From Candidatus Eiseniibacteriota bacterium (GTDB lineage: Bacteria > Eisenbacteria > RBG-16-71-46), in assembly GCA_963707915.1 (NCBI GenBank), contig OY970178.1, positions 2,144,001-2,208,000 of the forward strand: 64,000 nt of DNA. Reading direction: 5' to 3'. Below are positions 58,126 through 64,000 of this stretch, one piece after another (the stretch's first letter is position 1; the number at the start of each line of letters is the position of its first letter). Under the pieces are notes generated by a model. The model saw nothing but the letters and a program-made list of their open reading frames with translations, searched no databases and was not told the DNA's origin. The translations under genes and the position numbers were made by a program.

Positions 58126-59532
58126 CTACGCCTGCGGCGAGAGGGGCAGCGTGAAGGCGAAGGTCGACCCCTTCCCCACCTCGCTCTCGGCCCGGACCGT
58201 GCCGCCGTGGGCCTCGACCAGCCGCCGCACGATGGCGAGCCCCAGGCCCGCCCCGCCCGTCGCGCGGGCGCGCGACGGGTCGACCCGGTGGAAGCGCTCG
58301 AAGACGAACGCCAGGTGCTCCGCGGGGATGCCCTGGCCGGTGTCGCGCACCGCGAACTCGACGGCACCGTCCACCGGGCGCGCGCTCAGCGTGACGGAGC
58401 CGCCCGCGGGAGTGTGCTGGAGCGCGTTGGTGAGCAGGTTGCGAAGGACCTGCGCAATGCGTTCGCGGTCGGCCAGGACCGGCGGCAGCGGCGGGACCTG
58501 CGATCCCAGGACCACGCCCGCCCCGGCGGCGGCGGGCCGCGACGCCGCGAGCACCGACTCGACCAGCTCCGCCGGGGCCAGCGGCTCCAGCGTCAGCCGC
58601 AGGGCTCCCGCTTCGGCGAGCGACAACTCCTGCAGGTCCCCGACCAGGCGCGCGAGCAGCAGCGTCTCCTCCCGCAGGGAACGGAGCGTCGGGGCGTCGG
58701 GCTGCGCCAGCCCGTCCTCGAGCGCCTCGATCTGGCAGCGCAGGTTCGTGAGCGGCGTACGCAGCTCGTGCGCGACATCGCTGACCATGGTGCGGCGCAG
58801 CGTCTCCTGTTGCGCCACGGCGTCGGCCATCGCATTGAACGAGCGCGCCAGGTGCCCGATCTCGTCCCTGGCGCCGGTGGCCACGCGCGCCGAGAGGTCG
58901 CCGCGCGCCATGCGCTGGGCCGCGGCGGTCAGATCCCGGACCGGCCGCAATACCGCCCGGCTCAGCGTCAGGATGAGGACGAGCGCCAGCGCGCCGCCCA
59001 GCGCCAGCGCCAGAGCCAGCCCCGAGGACATGCCGCGCCGCATGCGGTCCCGGTCGAGCATCTGGCCCACGTCCGGCAGGACGATGGCGTGGAGCGTGCC
59101 GACCACGCGGCCATCGGACACGACCGGGGCGCTGGGGTTGCTCTGCAGCCGCATCATCGATCGCCGCCCGCCGGGCAGACGCATGGAGATGGTGATCGCG
59201 CCGTCGGGGCCGGTGCGCAGCGCGCTCTCGCGCAGCGGGACGCTGGTGGCCGCGACGACCGACCCGGAGCCGCCCGTCAGGAGCAGCTCGAACCCCGCCG
59301 GCTGGTGCCGGCGCAGCACCTCGTCCACCCCGCTCCAGCCGCGTCGTGCGTCCCAGCAGCGCTGCAGAGCCCGGGCCGCGGTGCCCAGATCGGGGCACGC
59401 GCTGGGGACGTTCACCCGCATCATCGACATCTCGAGGTTCACGGTCCGCTGGGTGACCAGCCCGACCACGCCCAGGGCCAGCCCCGCGACCAGCAGGCTC
59501 GCCACCAGGAGGCGGGCGCGCAGGCTGATCAC
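58126..59532 (-). CDS. HAMP sensor histidine kinase (BaeS-like)
   Basis: [48 protein letters not shown]. Confidence 0.95.
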   Translation of the reverse strand: MISLRARLLVASLLVAGLALGVVGLVTQRTVNLEMSMMRVNVPSACPDLGTAARALQRCWDARRGWSGVDEVLRRHQPAGFELLLTGGSGSVVAATSVPLRESALRTGPDGAITISMRLPGGRRSMMRLQSNPSAPVVSDGRVVGTLHAIVLPDVGQMLDRDRMRRGMSSGLALALALGGALALVLILTLSRAVLRPVRDLTAAAQRMARGDLSARVATGARDEIGHLARSFNAMADAVAQQETLRRTMVSDVAHELRTPLTNLRCQIEALEDGLAQPDAPTLRSLREETLLLARLVGDLQELSLAEAGALRLTLEPLAPAELVESVLAASRPAAAGAGVVLGSQVPPLPPVLADRERIAQVLRNLLTNALQHTPAGGSVTLSARPVDGAVEFAVRDTGQGIPAEHLAFVFERFHRVDPSRARATGGAGLGLAIVRRLVEAHGGTVRAESEVGKGSTFAFTLPLSPQA

Positions 59533-60215
59533 TCCGACGCCTCCCCGGCGAAGCGGTAGCCGACGCCGGGCACGGTGACGACGAACCGGGGCACGGCCGG
59601 ATCCGCCTCGAGCTTGCGCCGGAGGTTCATCACGTGCGCGTCCACCGTGCGCTCGAGCACGTCCGAGTCGGCGCCGAAGGCCACCTCCACCAGCCGCGCC
59701 CGCGTGAAGGCGCGGCCCGGGGCCCGCGCCAGGGCGGCGAGCAGATCGAACTCGCGCGGGGTGAGGGGGACCGGCTCGCCCCGCCGACGCACCTCGTGGC
59801 GCTCGCCGTCGATCTCGAGCAGCCCGAAGCGCAGCGGTGCCCCCGCGGGCGGGGCTCGTCGCAGGATCGCACGCACGCGCGCCACCAGCTCGCGCGGGCT
59901 GAAGGGCTTGGTCAGGTAGTCGTCCGCGCCCAGGTTCAGGCCGGCAAGCTTGTCCGCTTCCGTCGAGAGCGCCGAGAGCATCAGGATCGGCACCTGCGAA
60001 TCGGCGCGCAGCCGGCGGCAGACCTCGAGGCCGTCCACGCGGGGAAGCATGAGGTCCAGCACGACCAGATCGGGCCGCGACTCGCGCGCCTCGTCGAGCG
60101 CCTGCTCGCCGTTGTAGGCGCAGACGACCTCGAAGCCGGCGTGCTCGAGATAGAGCCGGCAGCTTTCGACGATCTTCTTCTCGTCGTCCACGACCAGGAT
60201 GCGGCCTTCAGGCAT
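59529..60215 (-). CDS. OmpR/PhoB-family response regulator
   Basis: [31 protein letters not shown] and [14 protein letters not shown]. Confidence 0.95.
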   Translation of the reverse strand: MPEGRILVVDDEKKIVESCRLYLEHAGFEVVCAYNGEQALDEARESRPDLVVLDLMLPRVDGLEVCRRLRADSQVPILMLSALSTEADKLAGLNLGADDYLTKPFSPRELVARVRAILRRAPPAGAPLRFGLLEIDGERHEVRRRGEPVPLTPREFDLLAALARAPGRAFTRARLVEVAFGADSDVLERTVDAHVMNLRRKLEADPAVPRFVVTVPGVGYRFAGEASE

Positions 60216-60280
60216 CCGGCAGCCCTCCGGACTTCGTCGGTGGAACCCGGTCCACTTCCTCTACGAGCATCGGCCGGCGC

Positions 60281-60300
60281 GATGAAGCATCCATGAAGGC
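60281..60300 (-). promoter_or_regulatory. Direct-repeat box (CTTCAT, 11-nt period) upstream of the response regulator
   Basis: Minus strand GCCTTCATGGATGCTTCATC, the same motif as 58101-58120. Confidence 0.55.
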
Positions 60301-60330
60301 CGGGGCCGGTCCTTCGGCCCCGCCGCCGGC

Positions 60331-61806
60331 TCACTCCCTCCGCGCCGGACGCAGCGCCTCGAGGAAGGACGCCTCCATCCAGTAGATGTCGCTGTTTCCG
60401 TTGCCGGCCCGGCTCTGGGCGTCCCGCAGGGCCCGGAGGGTCAGGGGCTTCTCCGGCGCGGGCGCGGCCTCGCGCGACCGGGTGGAGCCGAAGAAGAGGT
60501 ACTTCCCATCCGGCGACGCGTACGCGGACCCCGCATTGCCGCCGACCGGGCTCACGTCCTTCCCCAGGCACACGCCCTCGCTCCAGCGATCCTGCGGATC
60601 ACGGAAGAAGACGAAGTACTGCGGCCGTCCCGGCTCGGCGCCGTCGGTGCGTCCGTCCACGCAGGCGATCAGGTAGCTCTCGTCGGGCGCGACGAAGGCG
60701 TTGTAGGGCGTGCCCCGGCCGTTCACGGCCGCCGGCAGCGTGTCGGGGGGCTGGTAGCGGCCGCCCACCAGGCGCGATCGCACGATCCTCAGCCGGCCGC
60801 TGCGCGGCGGCCCGCACGTGTAGTAGAGCGTGCCGTCGCGCGTGAGCGACGGGAAGAACTCGCTGCCGGTGGTGTTGATCGGCGCGCCGAGGTCGTAGGG
60901 TTCGCTCCAGGTGCCGTCCGCCCGGCGGTCGGCGGCGAAGATGTTCTGGTTGGCCCAGCCCGGCCGGGTCTCCTCCCCCGCCGTGGGCCGCGTGGTCAGG
61001 AAGAGCATCCGCTTCCCGTCCGCCGACAGGCACGGCTCGAAGTGGAAGTAGCGCAGGTCCGCGGCGAAGGGCGCCACGACCGGCTCAGTCCAGCGGCCCC
61101 CCTCGAGCCGCGTGACCATGATGGTGTTGACCGGCCCCGTCATGACGCCGAAGTAGATCTCGCGGCCGTCGGGCGCGATCGCGACGTCACGCTCGCTCAT
61201 CCCGGTGCAGACCCGTCCGGGAGCGAACAACTCCGGCGCCGCGCCCGGCGGCGCCTGGCCCAGGTACGGGCCCGAGAGCGCGGAGAAGCGCCCGCCGCCG
61301 CGGGCCTTCGCTTCCACCTCGTCGGAGGCCAGCGAGAAGTGCATCTGCGCGATGAGCCACTTCCCGCCGCGCTTCTCGAGCACGCCGGTCCAGCGCGCGT
61401 CGTCCCAGCCGGTCTTGCGGCCGTCCCACTCGCCGTGGTCGTCCAGCCGGCAGGTGTACCAGGCCACGTCGCCGGACTTCGAGAGGTGGATCCGCAGGTC
61501 CTCGAAGCGCGATCCCGCGGCCTTGAACTTCGGGTTCATGAACACGTCTTCGGTGAGCTTCCGGAACGCCTCGAACCCGTCGATCGTGCCCTTCGAGGAA
61601 GGGTCGAAGATGAAGAAGGTCGAGTCCTGCACGAAGCAGTCGTAGAGCGCCGCCTGGTCCTTGGTGAGCGCCCACTCGATCGAGGTGCGGACCACCTTCG
61701 CGATCCTCGCCTTCTCGGCGTCGTCCCGCCCCGCGCCGCGGGCGGCCGGGACGATCGCCAGGCACACCAGGCAGGCGGACAGCGCTCCACGGTTCCTCGC
61801 GTTCAC
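60331..61806 (-). CDS. Exported SnoaL/NTF2-like domain fused to a PD40 beta-propeller
   Basis: GTG start after GGAGGAG; NTF2-like DLRIHLSKSGDVAWY..RWTGVLEKRGGKWLIAQMHFS; then GPYLGQAPPG, APDGREIYF and SPDGKYLFF. Confidence 0.8.
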   Translation of the reverse strand: MNARNRGALSACLVCLAIVPAARGAGRDDAEKARIAKVVRTSIEWALTKDQAALYDCFVQDSTFFIFDPSSKGTIDGFEAFRKLTEDVFMNPKFKAAGSRFEDLRIHLSKSGDVAWYTCRLDDHGEWDGRKTGWDDARWTGVLEKRGGKWLIAQMHFSLASDEVEAKARGGGRFSALSGPYLGQAPPGAAPELFAPGRVCTGMSERDVAIAPDGREIYFGVMTGPVNTIMVTRLEGGRWTEPVVAPFAADLRYFHFEPCLSADGKRMLFLTTRPTAGEETRPGWANQNIFAADRRADGTWSEPYDLGAPINTTGSEFFPSLTRDGTLYYTCGPPRSGRLRIVRSRLVGGRYQPPDTLPAAVNGRGTPYNAFVAPDESYLIACVDGRTDGAEPGRPQYFVFFRDPQDRWSEGVCLGKDVSPVGGNAGSAYASPDGKYLFFGSTRSREAAPAPEKPLTLRALRDAQSRAGNGNSDIYWMEASFLEALRPARRE

Positions 61807-62018
61807 GAGCCCCTCCTCCGGTGGATGGCGGCGGTGCGTTCCGGCCGGGCCGCGGCGGGCGGCGGTGCGGACCGGCAGCGAGCGTACCGGCGCCGCGCCG
61901 GCCCCGGTGGGCGCGGTCGAACCTGCGCGGGAAACCGCGCCCCGGACGCGGGCCGGCGAGCACTCCAGCGCGGAGGTCCCCGCACCGCGCCTCGGCCCGG
62001 GAACGGGCCCGGACCCTT

Positions 62019-63854
62019 CTACCGGCCCAGCAGCTCCAGGATGCCGGTGGTCATCCACGGCATGTAGGTGATCAACAGCACGCCGATGCCGAGGATGAGC
62101 AGGAAGGGCAGGACGTGCCGGTAGAGCTCGGGCAGGGGCTTGTCGAATCGCGACGACGACAGGAAGAGGTTGAGTCCGACCGGGGGGAACAGGAACCCCA
62201 GCTCGAGGTTCGCCAGGAACACGACGCCGAGGTGGATGGGGTTGATGCCGAACGCGGCCCCGATCGGGGCCACCAGCGGCGCCAGGATGATGATCGCCGA
62301 GTAGATCTCGAGCACGCTGCCCAGCACCAGCAGCACGACGTTGAGGACCAGCAGGAAGACGACCGGCGAGTGGATGTGGGTCCGCACGCCGTTCAACAGC
62401 GCCATCGGGATCTGCGCGTCCACCAGCCAGCTGGTGAGCCCCATCGCGCTCGCCAGCAGGATGAGCACGGCGCCGCACAGCACGCCGGCCTTGAGCAGCA
62501 CGCCCGGCAGGTCGCGCACCGGGTGGATGTCGCGCTTGATGAAGCATTCGACCACGATGGCGTAGGCGAAGGCCACCGCCGCGGCCTCGACCATGGTGGC
62601 CATCCCCGTGGCGAACAGCACCACCACGACCGCCGGCACCGACAACTCCCACACCGCGGCCCAGCCCGAGACCAGCGCCTCCTTGAGCGAGAACGACTGC
62701 CGCGGCGCGCCGACCTTGCCGCCGACGCGCATGCCGTAGAGCGCGACGATCAGCACCAGCAGCGTGCCGGGCAGCAGCCCCGCGAGGTACAGCGAGTCGG
62801 CGGGCACGCTGGCCACGACCGCGTAGAGGATGACCGGCAGGCTGGGCGGGAACAGCAGGCCGAGGCTGCCCGAGGCGGTCACCAGCCCGAGCGAGAACCC
62901 CTCGGGATACTTCTCCTCGCGCAGGATCGGGTAGAGCAGCCCGCCCAGCGCCATGATGGTGATGCCCGAGCCGCCGGTGAAGGTGGTGAACAACGCGCAC
63001 ACCGCGGCCACCAGCACCGCCACGCCGCCCGGCATCCAGCCGAACAGCGCGCGGAAGAAGCGCACCAGGCGCAGCGAAGCGTGCGACTCGGCCAGCACGT
63101 AGCCGCAGGCGGTCAGCAGCGGGATGGCCGGCAGGGTCGGCGAGAGCATCAGCCGGTAGACCTCCGCCGTCACCGACGCGACCGGCACCGCGTCCTTGAA
63201 GAACAGCAGCAGCGCGATGCCGCCCATGGCGACGAAGACCGGCGCGCCGACCAGCGCGGCCAGCACGATCACCGCCAGCACCGGCACCCAGATCGCGTGC
63301 CCGAGCGCGGGGACGGCGCCGAGCCCGAAGGCGGAGGCCATGGCGGCGAACGCCAGCGCCCGGCCCTTCCAGCCGTCCGAAGCGCCCCAGGCCAGCCGCA
63401 CCGCGATGAGCGCGAGCGCGACCGGCATGACGCACTCGCTGATCCAGACCGGCAGCCCGATCGCCAGCACCTCGCCCTGCGCGCGGTCGGCGAGCACCAC
63501 GCCCCAGGCCGAGTACGCCAGCACGCCGCAGACCGCGGCCGCGACCGCGGAGGAGAACAGGCGCGCGACGTCCCGCGCCTTCGCGTGCCCGAGCGCCTCG
63601 GCGGTCGAGAGGGTGAGGTGCCGGCGCTCGCGCGTCGCCAGCAGGCCGCCGAGGAAGGCGAGCCAGAGCGTCAACTGCGCGCGGTAGGTGGCCGAGCCCG
63701 GGACCGAGAAGCCGCCCAGCGGGCGGCCCACGGCGTCGATGAGCGGCAGCGCCATCGAGAGCAGGAAGGCGACCACCAGCACCCCGCCCTCGAGGCTCCC
63801 CAGGGCCGCGAGCACGCGCCCCGGCCGCGGCTGCGGCGGCGAAGCTTCAGGCAT
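62019..63854 (-). CDS. TRAP transporter fused small and large permease (DctQ-DctM)
   Basis: About 4-TM DctQ-like N-terminus; AIPLLTACG, FTGGSG, SGSLGLLFPPS and LGFLFPPVGLNLF. Confidence 0.92.
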   Translation of the reverse strand: MPEASPPQPRPGRVLAALGSLEGGVLVVAFLLSMALPLIDAVGRPLGGFSVPGSATYRAQLTLWLAFLGGLLATRERRHLTLSTAEALGHAKARDVARLFSSAVAAAVCGVLAYSAWGVVLADRAQGEVLAIGLPVWISECVMPVALALIAVRLAWGASDGWKGRALAFAAMASAFGLGAVPALGHAIWVPVLAVIVLAALVGAPVFVAMGGIALLLFFKDAVPVASVTAEVYRLMLSPTLPAIPLLTACGYVLAESHASLRLVRFFRALFGWMPGGVAVLVAAVCALFTTFTGGSGITIMALGGLLYPILREEKYPEGFSLGLVTASGSLGLLFPPSLPVILYAVVASVPADSLYLAGLLPGTLLVLIVALYGMRVGGKVGAPRQSFSLKEALVSGWAAVWELSVPAVVVVLFATGMATMVEAAAVAFAYAIVVECFIKRDIHPVRDLPGVLLKAGVLCGAVLILLASAMGLTSWLVDAQIPMALLNGVRTHIHSPVVFLLVLNVVLLVLGSVLEIYSAIIILAPLVAPIGAAFGINPIHLGVVFLANLELGFLFPPVGLNLFLSSSRFDKPLPELYRHVLPFLLILGIGVLLITYMPWMTTGILELLGR

Positions 63855-63860
63855 CTTGGC

Positions 63861-64000
63861 TCAGCGCGCGCCGCCGGTCTTCTGGCGGTAGGCGTCGCGC
63901 GCGCGGCGCGCCAGGTCGAGGATGTCGGGCGGCACGCGGATGCCCTTCATCCCGTTGGCGAACTCCTCCGCCGCCTGGCGGAACTGGGTGGCGCTCGCCC
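63861..64000 (-). CDS. C-terminus of a probable TRAP substrate-binding protein (DctP); partial
   Basis: ...QFRQAAEEFANGMKGIRVPPDILDLARRARDAYRQKTGGAR* ends 6 nt before dctQM. The call rests mainly on position. Confidence 0.6.
   Translation of the reverse strand, partial: ASATQFRQAAEEFANGMKGIRVPPDILDLARRARDAYRQKTGGAR

Overview
High-GC bacterial chromosome segment. Candidatus Eisenbacteria or a related FCB-type anaerobe is a weak inference from the C-terminal sorting domain of the kelch protein. No rRNA, tRNA, CRISPR array, integrase or transposase was recognised. About 30 or more single-base frameshifts fall in two blocks (about 4.2-17.9 kb and 39.4-46.0 kb) and look like long-read consensus errors, so many genes had to be rebuilt across frames. 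Three minus-strand metabolic operons dominate. (1) 1-9.9 kb: etfB-etfA, a membrane Fe-S/CCG oxidoreductase (EMO/HdrF-like), an HdrD-like protein, hdrA, mvhD, mvhG and then a Cache histidine kinase where mvhA would normally sit; a sigma-54-like promoter lies upstream. (2) 13.0-18.8 kb: a beta-decarboxylating dehydrogenase, an HMG-CoA-lyase-family enzyme, a family III CoA-transferase, a LeuC/LeuD-like dehydratase and a SatP acetate channel, i.e. a LeuBCD-type route whose synthase appears replaced by a lyase plus CoA-transferase. (3) 37.1-48.0 kb: a tightly coupled 9-gene operon of a GNAT-like protein, a thiolase lacking its catalytic Cys, a DUF35 OB-fold protein, a xanthine-dehydrogenase-family molybdoenzyme, FdrA, DUF1116, a cyclase-family amidohydrolase and DUF2877; this is the best candidate for an undescribed pathway. 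The rest includes an ECF sigma/anti-sigma/TonB-CTD triad, a 3.9 kb insertion bounded by a duplicated gene start, several peptidases and amino-acid permeases, a DUF4160/DUF2442 toxin-antitoxin pair, a 12-kelch surface protein, an OmpR-family two-component system with a visible shared direct-repeat box, and a TRAP transporter.
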